A stretch of 64,000 bases of DNA, taken from positions 1,217,721 to 1,281,720 of the forward strand of contig CM120648.1 in the NCBI GenBank assembly GCA_051362555.1. Reading direction: 5' to 3'. This document shows positions 13,779 through 23,817 of the stretch, piece by piece. The stretch comes from Lingula anatina. Taxonomy: Eukaryota; Animalia; Brachiopoda. Within the stretch, counting starts at the first letter, position 1. Each line of letters starts with the position of its first letter. The position numbers and the translations under genes are program-made. The notes beneath the pieces were generated by a model. The model searched no databases. It was not told the DNA's origin and worked only from the letters and a program-made list of their open reading frames with translations.

Positions 13779-14219
13779 GTTCTTTTTCTGCTTATAAATT
13801 GTCCTATTCTAAGACACACCTTGTGTTTCAGAGTCTAAGGCATTCGGTTTCTAATAATTCTCATTTATGAATTTTTAATACTCTTGAACTCACGGTGTCA
13901 TCTACCGGCAATTTCGAAAATCACAAATATCTAAATATTTTAATAGAGAAATTGTTGATTTGGCAGCGGAATAATGCATCTGTTATGTAACTATACAGCT
14001 TTGCACGTGCATTGGTTTATATGTTCTGAGTGTATTATGATTCATCATTACTGTTAGTCATATGTGTAATGTGCCTTTTTTCAGGTGATTGGAACGCCAC
14101 CTCGTGGGACTTTTTCACAGCTTTGATAACAGCGCAATACACATTCGACAGAAGCGTTCTCTTCCGATTCTACATCACCGCAGACGACAGAAATTCTACT
14201 CGTAATATTATTCAGGTGA

Positions 14220-14273
<54 letters not shown>

Positions 14274-15664
14274 TTCAGAAAAAATTATTGATATCACTTA
14301 TTGAAGGCTTTTAATGAAATTATAGAGATGGGTTTTTTTTTCAACAGTTTTGATAGCGAAAACCTCGATGATAAGGGGAAATTATGCGAAAATACCAAGA
14401 CTAAAAGTTTTTCTGGCACTGTATGTCTGTAATCATTTCACTGTTTTCTGTAGATTGACCAAGGCGGTTTAACAACGGACAGAAGCTATTACTTTGAAAA
14501 CGAAACCACAAGCACCTTCTATATAGCCTACAAAGAATTCATGGTGAGAATAGCAGCTCTCATGGGTGCGGACGAAAACGCGACAGAACAGTTCGTTCAA
14601 GATATTATAACGTTCGAAAAAAGTTTAGCAAATGTAAGTATACTTGGCGAATCCTAATACTCGTATTAATCATTCTTGCAAGCCTTAACTGTTTGTGCTG
14701 TTCGAGCAGAATCCAACGAATATTCTTAAGCCTATCTTAATAAATTTGTAACTGAATCCTGCAGGTTCAAGGTTTCCACCTGCAAAATTCCACGATTACT
14801 GACGATTTTTAAAATTTATCAATTCCTGGCGGTGCGTGGAATTCGTAGTCGGTGTGCAATAGGGCATAACGCAATGGATGAGCTTCCAAACAAGTACGGA
14901 ACAACTCGGCTGTTTTCGTTCATCTACGCATCCTGCCGGTGAAGCGCGGAATCATCCGAGGTCGGCCGAATGCGACAAGCGATTCAGTTATCACATATTA
15001 TTTGCTTCCAGATTACCATTGCGACAGATGCTCCAGAGAGAATCGACCCCGACTTGCTGTATAACAAACTGACCCTGGGCGAGCTTAAAGAACTATCTCC
15101 ATCTGTAAATATTCCGATTTTATCTCATTTTATTACATGTGAATAATTTCAACTTAAAACAGAGAAATTTGTTCAAAACAATAAAGATGTATGTTTGATA
15201 TACAAGATGATGGCGTAATTTATTTTAAGTTTCTATACACTTCTATACACTACCACAGAATTTTAAAAAATGCCTTATATATAGGTCCAGTATGTTTAAT
15301 AAGGCTTAAACTGGGATTCTTTAGATTGCAATAATCACAATTAAATCAATCTCAAGTTTATAAATTAATGATAACAAATATAAAATCATACATTAGATTT
15401 ACCTGTTATTCTTTATTTACATTTACAGCTCAAGTCTAAAATATGTAAGATTTTGAATTATTGTCACTTATTATTCAAAAAATTTTTTTCATTCTTTAAT
15501 GTTTTATGTTTCTAGGTAGATTGGGTGTCTTTCTTTGCGCACAACTATGATGACATCACGAACGCTACAGAAGTTATTATTACCAACAGAGGGTATTTTG
15601 GAAATTTGTCGGAATTAATAAATAATACGGAATCAAAGTAAGCATCAATGTCACAATAGAGTAC

Positions 15665-15698
<34 letters not shown>

Positions 15699-18600
15699 AC
15701 AAACAAAGCGCCTCACTTTTCTTTCAAGAAAAATTCGATTTGACGGGCAAAAAAAAAAAAAAAAGGAAATAATACCTGCAAGCTAAGATACTAATTAAAT
15801 ATGACTGATCATTGCCGGTGTTTTATCATTCCAGAGTACTAAACAGTTACCTAGTTTGGGTTGTCATGCGCGGCTATTTACATCTCCTTTCATCTGACTT
15901 CCGTGGAGCGATGGAAGATTATCAGAAAGCTAGGAGAGGTGAGTGTTGGTTGTTTTAATAGGCGTTTCCAGAGCCCCGCCCCCTCCCCCGCCCCCACCCC
16001 CACACAAACACACACATAGACAGAAAGAGAATGACGATTTAATATTTATGCCTCCAATAATTTTGAAAATACATCGGCAGTTCTGTATTTAAACAAACGC
16101 ATCCTTTTTCTAATTTGCTTTTAATGCTGTTACTTGAATTCATATACTTGTACTGACATTAACATTAGAAAATAAGCATTCGCTTAAAAAAAGTAAGAAC
16201 GTTTGGAATCGGCTGTATTAAATACAAAGATACAGCTTGGAATCGGATGTAATTATATAATTTCCATGAAGGTACCACAAAAACTCAGGACCGTTGGAAA
16301 ACCTGCCAGTCAGCCGTAAATTCACAGTTCGGCTTAGCTCTGGGTGGCCTCTTTGTCGAAGAATATTTCTCCCCGGAGAGCAAGACCGAGGTTAGTTTCC
16401 AGGGATGTCTGCTTAACAAATGAAAGGTAGCCTAAATTTTTTTGCAAACTTTTAGACAAGCACTTTGTCTGTTTCGACCTTAAACGAGGTTTCAAATAGC
16501 CGGGGCATTTGTCATTTATATCGGTATTATATGTGTATATGATGTGACCATGCTCTTTGACGTGGTGGACTGCCATAAGATCTGTCACCATATATTTAGG
16601 TACTACACTACAACGGAACAAAATTGGCGAAAACCATTTTCTCATTCTTTCTTAGGCGGAAGATTTAATAGCTAGGGTGAAAGACGTATTTGTTGGACGG
16701 TTGGACTCCATCTACTGGATGGATGAGCAAACGAAGGAAGCAGCGAAAGAAAAGGTAGTATTTTTCAATGGTTTTCTTCTCTCAGAAATTGCAATTGCTT
16801 TGAATAGATACTGCAAACAATTAAATGTTGACAGTTTGCGTTCGTCGCCTTTGTTTATAGGTATATTTTTTTTATACATGTTATTTTTCATATTAACAGT
16901 ACATTCTTTATTCAGTAACCACCGTGTTCGTTTCGTTACCAGGCTTATTCAATGAAGTATAAGATCGGATACCCACCCATGGCCATCAACACCACTGCCC
17001 TTGACGACAAGTACAAAGGGGTAAGTTTCACCGCGCTCACATAGAGTGGACGTTATCGACAGAAGACTCACTGAAATCACAGATTGTGGATCGAGTTCTT
17101 AAGTTTCAGTGAACACCAGTGGTTTTCCTTCTTTCTTTCTTTCTTTCTTTATTATTTTATCTATCTATCTATCTATCTATTTATTTATTTATTTTCTTGT
17201 CATTGAAACCTCTGTTCGTTAGATACCTTTATTACTATTTAAATGCATCATTCTGTTATCTTTAATAAACCAGTTGTTACTTTTTGTTATGAAAGACACC
17301 AACGTCATGATAAACACAATATGTAGGCATTATCCACCTTTAGTGGCTTCATTTTGTTTTCCACTTCATCTTGTTTCTTTCATTTCATTATTAATTATTA
17401 TTTTTTTTTTCGAAAATTGTAATATCATTTTCTTTCCAATATTTAGGTGAACATTAGCTGTGCGGATTGTTACTTACAAAACGTATTAGCTAGAATACCC
17501 AATGATTACAAAGAATCGGCAGAGAGACTCAAGAAGCCAGTGGATAAAAATAGGTATTCAGTGTTTTTGGTATTGTGACTTTTTAAATGGCTGTTTTCTT
17601 TTTTTTTATTTTCCCTTACAAATTAGCGGCCATCTTGAAAAGTCTTTGTCTCCGAAGTTGCAACCAAGCTAGTTGTTTCTTACAAAAAAAAACGCATTTA
17701 CCAGTTTGTGCCAAGTAATTATGATTTATATTCAAATACCAAGCTAACGAACAATTTTGTTCGTTTAGAATCCCTTTTTAAAGACCGCCTAAGAAGGCAC
17801 TAGTACATGTAAATGTTTCATCAAATCCTCCTCTGAACATTGTTCATTCCAGGTGGTACATGAATCCACAGGTGGTTAACGCATATTACTCGTCCACGTC
17901 AAACCAAATGGGTAAGTGCCAGTACCAATGCCAGCACCAGTAGATCTGTGGCGTTCAGAGATAGACCAAGACTGGTTTTGGTTTAAAACACTTCACCGGT
18001 CAACCAAATCGTTTCTTGATTATTCAATTGTATTGTTTGAAACAAATGGGTGGACCATTCCCAGAAACTATCGTACTAACTTTACAGGGGCGGATACAGG
18101 ATTTTTCTAAAGGGGTGGGGGGTGGGGGGTTTCGCGGACAGCGGACCGCGGACCCTCCCCCCCCCCCCCCCTCCTCCTTAGCGTGGAGTCCGGGGACGGA
18201 AAATTTGGTATTTTAGAGGGCGAACGGTGCCGCTTGGTACGGTTTAGAACTATATGATTCAGCGAGTCAAAATTCTAATTTCAAGAGGGGACCATCGGTG
18301 CTTTTTTTAGAAATCGAAATTATGCAAAAGGTAATTTGTTCGCACCAACGAGAGCCTGCATTCGTTGTCGATTTCGGGGCCAGCTTGTTGTTGTGGTGAA
18401 CTGACATGCGTCATGTGGGATTTGAACTCGTGTCTTGTCGTTACCATGGTTTGCTGATGGCTTGGTATATTTTTTGCAACCCTCCACGCTACTGACTGCT
18501 CCGTGACCGACCCGCCGTCCTCCATCCCTAGGGGTTTCCTCTTATGGTAATCAAACGCAAATTTTAGAAATTATTTATAGCAAAAAAGTCTCAATGAATG

Positions 18601-21600
18601 TTCAGGATTCGCACCCGTATATAAGTGTCTATCTTTGTCAAAGGCGGCGAAGTTACCACGGAGCCAGAGAAGCTACGTTGATGTATAGGGGATCAAATGG
18701 AAACTTTCTACTTTCTCACAGAGAGGGCCAGTTTGGCTGTACATGTATTTATCTGCCATAACAATCAATAGGCCTTGAGCCGTACAAATGTATTTCATGG
18801 TTTGATAAAGTATTATTTACATTACACATTATAGTGCTATCCGGTTTTATACAGGACAGGTTGGATCTATCCCATGGATAACCATATACAATAAACGTAA
18901 AGACACATTTTATTAAAGCTATAATTCCACCTTTTTTTTCAGTATTTCCTGCTGGGATCATGCAATGGCCATTCTTCGATAAAAACCAGCCAAGGTAAAT
19001 AGGTTTTAAGTAAATGAATAAATAAATTAACAGAGAAAAAAACGAGGAACTTTCATTTATACTTTTTCGAAGAGATTTAAATTATTTCACTAATTTTAGT
19101 AAACGTATTATATTGACATTATTCACACTTATTTCACAAATTGTGAAAGTTAGACTTTTACACTGTTTGAATGGATCAAAGACTGTAAATAAATAAATAA
19201 ATAAATTATCACCATATACTTGCAATTCAGGTTTATGAATTACGGTATGATAGGAGCAGTGGTGGGCCACGAACTGACGCATGGATTCGACGATAGTGGT
19301 AAGGGCGAAGTTTTTACTGCTAAACTAAACCCTTAAGGGCGGTTAGGTCCTGGTTATGGACTGCAGTGGGGAAACTTTTAACGTGTATTTTTTATTGAGC
19401 TGATGAAACGAGTTAATGACTGTGGTAAGTGGGGTGCAGTGCGCTAGAGTATGTTGGGTAAAGATTCACCCCCCCCCCCCAAAAAAAAAAAAAAAATACA
19501 GTGAATATAATGAATTATGAATAAATTATAGATAAGTAATGAATAGATCTTAAAATTAGACAAAATTGTAATATGAATTAAAAATTGAATAAAGAAAAAG
19601 ATTTGTGAGCCGCAGAAGCCCCTAGTGAGGATCGAACTCACGACCCCTGGTTTACAAGACCAGTGCTCTAACCACTGAGCTATAGAGGCGTCTGAAAGTT
19701 AATGGCTCAGCGCATTGTCCACAGTGTGCGCTGTGCTTCTGTTGTTCAGATTAAATTTGGTCTGTTTCGTTTAATATTCAATAAATTCAGCGGAGTGATT
19801 TTTGCTAGCATTTAGCACCGCAACATCTAATTTCTTAGTGTGCAATGGGCGCATGGAAAGACTATACACTAGGCTAATTAGACACAACTTAGATTTTTAA
19901 AAAATAAAAGTTTTGAAATTTGAAATGAATACAAAATGAATATACAGCCACATTAAGCCCCTAGTGAGAATCGAACTCACGACCACTGGTTTACAAGACC
20001 AGTGCTCTAACCACTGAGCTATAGAGGCCGATGGCTCAGCCGAATGGTCACTGTGTGTGTTGGGATTCATGTGTTAATATAACAAATTTTCCTTTTGAGG
20101 TAGATTTTTCGCTAACTAAAACAAGAGGAGTTTTACATTCCATTAGCAATTTAAACTCCAAGCACACCACAAAGTCATGTTTATTCTGTATGCAAATGAA
20201 AATTGCCATAATTAGGCCTATTTTAGAGTCATACATTTTTTACCAATTTTAGCAACTTGAATGTATTGACTCTCTTTGTCTTCATGTTTTGTAAATAATT
20301 AACAAACAAAAGATTTTAAATGATGGGAATAGAAATAAGTTAACTTTAACAAACTTTTATGCAGACAAGCCTGATTTTATAACGTTGTTATATAACAGTA
20401 ATTAGGGCTTAACGGGGAAACCACATATCAGGAGCAAAATATTTTTTTGGATAGAAACCTAGAAATGTGATGATTAAAATGAAAGTAAGTTGCTATATTA
20501 ATGTAATGAGGGGAAAATGATTTTTCAGGAGCAAAATATAATTTGGATGGCAACCTGGAAATGTGGTGGCAGCCAGAGGCTTGGTCGGGATTCGAGGAAA
20601 GTACGAAATGTGTGTCGGATTACTACTCGACATATTCCGTGAAAAACATGACGGTATGTAACTCCGACTACGTTCCCACAAATTTAGATCGATCCATCTG
20701 GATCGACCTAACTCCCTGGAGGTTCACGTTCATCCGCGTGGGCAATATAGTTAATTACCTCCTTACAGCTTTTAGTAGGCGGGACAGACATTTAAGCCGG
20801 TTAAGCTGACACCAATCTAGTGAGACTACCCTGGGGATAGATCTATCTAAAAATCTGTGGGAATGCAGTCGTAGTAGTTGAAGGAAAATGCAGGGTGCGT
20901 TTACAATGAATCTATCATACTAGCTGTTGCTCATTAACTCCACGTGAGCTCTTGCTGAATGCAATCAGTTTATCAGATCAACGCGTCTCCGCCTGGAGAA
21001 AACCTGGTATTTACACGAGTACGTTAACGTTGGAAACAAGAGGAGAAGTGCTGATCTCTTTTGAAATCTGACTGCATTCAGCGAGAGTCCCCTTTTTTAA
21101 AATCAAAATCTGCCGAAGAACACCTCATTTTTCTCTGTTTATGTTCTCTTGCTCTAGGTAAACGGGAAGCTAACCCTAGGAGAAAACATTGCTGATATCG
21201 GCGGCCTTTTACAAACGTATTACGTATGTATTCTTGTTAAGGTCTTCGTTATTTTGTCAAGTTTTGTCACTTAAAAGATACGTCTTATATCAGTAATCTA
21301 AAAAAAAAAAAACTTGGAGGATTTATTTCATTATGCATACTTGACCAGATCGCCCTTAGTCACAAATCATGCAACGCTAAAACGTATTTCTGTATAAAAA
21401 TAGGCATAAATTTAAAGAATCAAGCTATAATTTCATTGCATTTGTGAGCTGAATTATTTCCCAGGTTGATGATCATTTCCATTTCTTCGCAGGCCTATAA
21501 AAACTGGGAGACAGAAAACGGACCAGAGCGTACACTGCCAGGACTGAATAGGACGACACACGAAGCATTTTTTATAAGTTTTGCCCAGGTGAGTATTTAC

Positions 21601-22471
21601 TAAATATATAATAATAAATAATATTAATCCTATCCCAAAAGGCGGGAAAAGCTTATTATAATTTTTCCATGCGCACACTACAAGTTGTAGGCTGAGCTAC
21701 CTGCTTTTTTTTTTTTTTTGGGGGGGGGGGGGGGGGTGAGTTATCAGCTCAACGGGAGAGCGCATGCCAAAAAGACAGAGATTGATTCCTTATTTCCCGA
21801 GAAATAGTCATTGAAACATGCAACGAGCTGACAGCATAGCAAAACCGGTAACTCAGCGCGCAGTTAACAGTGTGGCCGAGCTTCAGCTGCGCCTACAACA
21901 AAATGCTTCTTTAAAAGATGTTGATTTTTATCGAAATAAAATTTTAGGAATTATGTTTCAAAATTTAGAGCCGTACAATTGCCAGCAAGGGCTAAGATAA
22001 GATTTAACATTTCTCAAAATCATAGAAGAAAGCGTATATCAGAAAATTACATACTGATTTGGCATAAAAAATGAAAATATTTGACCTTTTGAGCAAAATT
22101 GATCACGAGTATTTAGCTTAATAATACAATTTATTTTGCAGAGCTGGTGCGGGGAATACAGACCAAAATATCTGAAAACTTTGATAAGAACAGATTCTCA
22201 CGCTCCAGTCAGTGTCCGGTAGGTCTGTCAGATCCAAATGTGATTCTAAACTTTATTTAGTGAATGTGATGTCTGAGGAAATGAATACAGTTAACTTGTT
22301 TCTTAGTTTATGCTATACTGTTCAACATTCTGTTTTATTGTTTTATTTTTTTTTTATTTTATTTTAAACAGGGTTTTGGGGACTGTCTCTCAGATGAAGG
22401 AATTTGCTGAAGCTTTCAAATGCCCCAAAGGCTCTCCCATGAACCCAGCAGAAAGATGCTCTGTGTGGTAG
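1976..22471 (+). CDS. M13 family zinc metallopeptidase (endothelin-converting enzyme / neprilysin-like), type II membrane protein, 18 coding exons, ~760 aa
   Basis: Manually spliced GT-AG exons, all phases consistent: 1976-2582, 14085-14215, 14454-14633, 15012-15104, 15516-15637, 15835-15938, 16272-16390, 16656-16754, 16943-17020, 17447-17553, 17853-17911, 18943-18994, 19231-19298, 20529-20653, 21158-21223, 21493-21588, 22142-22218, 22372-22471 (2283 nt). Short cytoplasmic tail, TM helix, CLTPEC...[33 protein letters not shown] (HExxH), GENIADIGG, and C-terminal CSVW*. Confidence 0.96.
3423..3698. mobile_element. Foldback MITE family A (PIF/Harbinger-like), palindromic copy
   Basis: ~120-bp inverted arms (e.g. 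AGCTGGATCGATCCAACTC / GAGTTGAATCGATCCAGCT; TGTCTGACACGCCTCCTT / AAGGAGGCGTGTCAGACA), flanked by TTA on both sides. Confidence 0.8.
5535..5632. repeat. Compound (CT)n(CA)n microsatellite
   Basis: Read directly. Similar tracts at ~10999-11062, 13730-13774, 14222-14269, 38652-38703 and 58389-58460; (AAAT)n ~11576-11618; (GAAT)n ~23378-23404 and ~28868-28936. Confidence 0.95.
5941..6210. repeat. 45-bp minisatellite, ~6 degenerate units
   Basis: Consensus ~TTTATAACCCTTTTCCGATCAAATATAGGCGATTTTAGGTACGTC, with units starting near 6031, 6076, 6121 and 6166. Confidence 0.85.
7499..7996 (-). CDS. Putative nested antisense small protein (75 aa, two coding exons) in intron 1 of the M13 gene
   Basis: Exon 7996-7921 (ATG with A at -3, upstream in-frame TAA) ends at phase 1 on a GTAAGT donor. 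A 270-nt intron ends TCTTTACAG. Exon 7650-7499 continues open in the matching phase to TAA. Product: [75 protein letters not shown]. No family recognised. Confidence 0.6.
9100..9159 (-). promoter_or_regulatory. Candidate core promoter and non-coding first exon of the nested antisense gene
   Basis: Minus strand: TATATAA (9159-9153), Inr-like TCAGT (9136-9132), then a GTAAGT donor at 9099. A CAG acceptor at 8030-8028 sits just upstream of the ATG. TATA-Inr spacing (~25 nt) is slightly short. Confidence 0.35.
10328..10645 (+). other. Terminal-exon-like basic ORF (~105 codons) in M13 intron 1
   Basis: CTTTCAG acceptor ends at 10327. The frame is open at phase 1 to TGA 10645, with AATAAA ~30 nt downstream (~10674). 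Internal duplication RKNVVQSR / RKNVIQSR. Confidence 0.3.
11740..13320 (-). pseudogene. Putative spliced antisense unit (decayed gene or lncRNA) in M13 intron 1
   Basis: Series of short minus-strand GT-AG introns: 13177-13125 (GTAAGA..CTAAC..TAG), 12663-12540, 12359-12277, 12156-12086, 11939-11867. AATAAA at 11745-11740. No uninterrupted ORF runs across all exons. Confidence 0.35.
18085..18617. mobile_element. MITE-like element with CAGGGGCGGATxCAGGATTTT end and G/C homopolymer tracts
   Basis: TA|CAGGGGCGGATACAGGATTTTT start and degenerate inverted end GGATTCGCACCCG|TA. A related decayed copy lies at ~60959-61213. Confidence 0.5.
19617..19689 (-). tRNA. tRNA-Thr(TGT), copy 1, intronic and antisense to the M13 gene
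   Basis: GCCTCTATAGCTCAGTGGTTAGAGCACTGGTCTTGTAAACCAGGGGTCGTGAGTTCGATCCTCACTAGGGGCT. Full cloverleaf, A and B boxes, anticodon TGT, downstream T-run terminator. Confidence 0.95.
19956..20028 (-). tRNA. tRNA-Thr(TGT), copy 2
   Basis: Identical to copy 1 except one variable-loop and one T-loop base. Stems intact; TTTT downstream. Confidence 0.93.
20432..20484 (+). pseudogene. Decayed tandem copy of the 5' part of M13 exon 14 (pseudo-exon)
   Basis: CAG|GAGCAAAATATTTTTTTGGATAGAAACCTAGAAATGTGATGA aligns to the true exon CAG|GAGCAAAATATAATTTGGATGGCAACCTGGAAATGTGGTGG 97 nt downstream. Followed by GTAAGT at 20485. Confidence 0.7.
20665..20871. mobile_element. MITE family A, asymmetric derivative
   Basis: TIRs CGACTACGTTCCCACAAATTTAGATCGATC / GATCTATCTAAAAATCTGTGGGAATGCAGTCG. 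Shares the AGTAGGCGGGACAGACATTTAAGC core; reverse-complement homolog of 27998-28211. Confidence 0.75.
20949..21087. mobile_element. Short hairpin/MITE-like element
   Basis: Inverted ends CTCTTGCTGAATGCAATCAG / CTGACTGCATTCAGCGAGAG, plus an inner AGATCAACGCGTCTCC / GGAGAAGTGCTGATCT pair. Confidence 0.6.
21684..21899. mobile_element. Decayed MITE-like element
   Basis: Inverted ends GTTGTAGGCTGAGCT / AGCTGCGCCTACAAC, with inner inverted motifs. Confidence 0.45.
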
Positions 22472-22472
22472 C

Positions 22473-22533
22473 TGACGTCATATATAACTTTGGGTGACGT
22501 CATATTGCATTAGTTCTGGATAAAGTGACGTCA
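22473..22533. promoter_or_regulatory. Cluster of three perfect CRE palindromes (TGACGTCA)
   Basis: At 22473, 22495 and 22526, immediately after the M13 stop codon. Confidence 0.4.
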
Positions 22534-23817
22534 TGACAACGATAAAAAACGGACCATACATTCCATGAAAAAGTTGATAAATAGAAGCCTTTTATGCACA
22601 GTCATTTTATAATAATGCACAAGCAGATTCAAATGCATAGATTATATGTACGCATAATTTACATTTACTTGTGTTTTGTCTTACATTTTTTACCAGCATG
22701 AGTTTGTATTTAATGTAAAAAATTGAAACAAGAGATATCATATTTATTATAAACCGTCTAACATATCTCAATAAAGAACAAAGTTAAAATAATGGTGACG
22801 ATCTCAAATAATACGAGTTTTGTCAATGAATATTATAATAGACCTATATGTTTTATAGTAGGTCTGTGTTGTAATGTTGTATAAAATAAGATTTACAAAT
22901 GAATAAAATATTAAAACAAAGCAACCATTAGCTTCTCTCGTTTATAAACCATTGATCTCTCTCTCTCATATATATAATACCGATCCAGATATTTCTCCAT
23001 CGACCAGGATTGCTGACATATACGTTCTCAAGGAACTCCGCATAAAAACACTATAAAGTAAAGCACCCTAGTTAGCGTGCAAAGCTCCTGTATGAGGACT
23101 TATAAAGCAAACAAATTTTTTAGGTTTTTACTTTTTTCTTATTGAAGAAAATTATACTTTCTGTCTGCTTTTTTAATGTTAGTTATAATGCCACACATGC
23201 AAGACAAACTTGAAAAAAGGGAGATAAAAACGTAAGTGCTTATATAACTCAAGCATATCTATTTAACCAAATCTCACACTGCAGGTCTTCCCTATGTACG
23301 TAGACTTCCGTGTTTGAAAAAATAAAAATAAATAAAATAAATAAATGTGCGGGGGGAGGGGGTAAGAGTAAGGATTATTGAATGAATGAATGAATGAATG
23401 AATGCAAAAAGAATTCACAAATGGACAGACACATAAAATCAAACAAATAAAAACAATAATTGGTAAAATAGAAAGAAAATAAGACGTCTTTGGTAAATTT
23501 TGTAAATCTTAAATTACAAAATAAGTGAAAAGTAAGCTCTAAATCGTTCGGTCTTATGCGTGCAGCTAAATGATCTTGTGCTGTATCGATGACCATTTAT
23601 TTCCCATTTGTTCTCCCAATTGATTAAGGAATTTTTTTTTCTTATATCAAACATCATTTTATGAAAAACATACAGCAATTTACCTTCATTTTTTATCAAT
23701 AATCTTTCAAATGTGTTTACATTTGTATTCATTAAAACACCACACAACAAAATGGTAAATCGACATTTTACGACATTACGACGACATCCGTATTTTGGTA
23801 CTAAATCGCCGACAGAA

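Noticed and set aside
21737-21790. tRNA D-arm/A-box-like sequence AGCTCAACGGGAGAGCGCATG
   Set aside because: No anticodon arm, T arm or acceptor stem; it lies inside a decayed inverted-repeat element.
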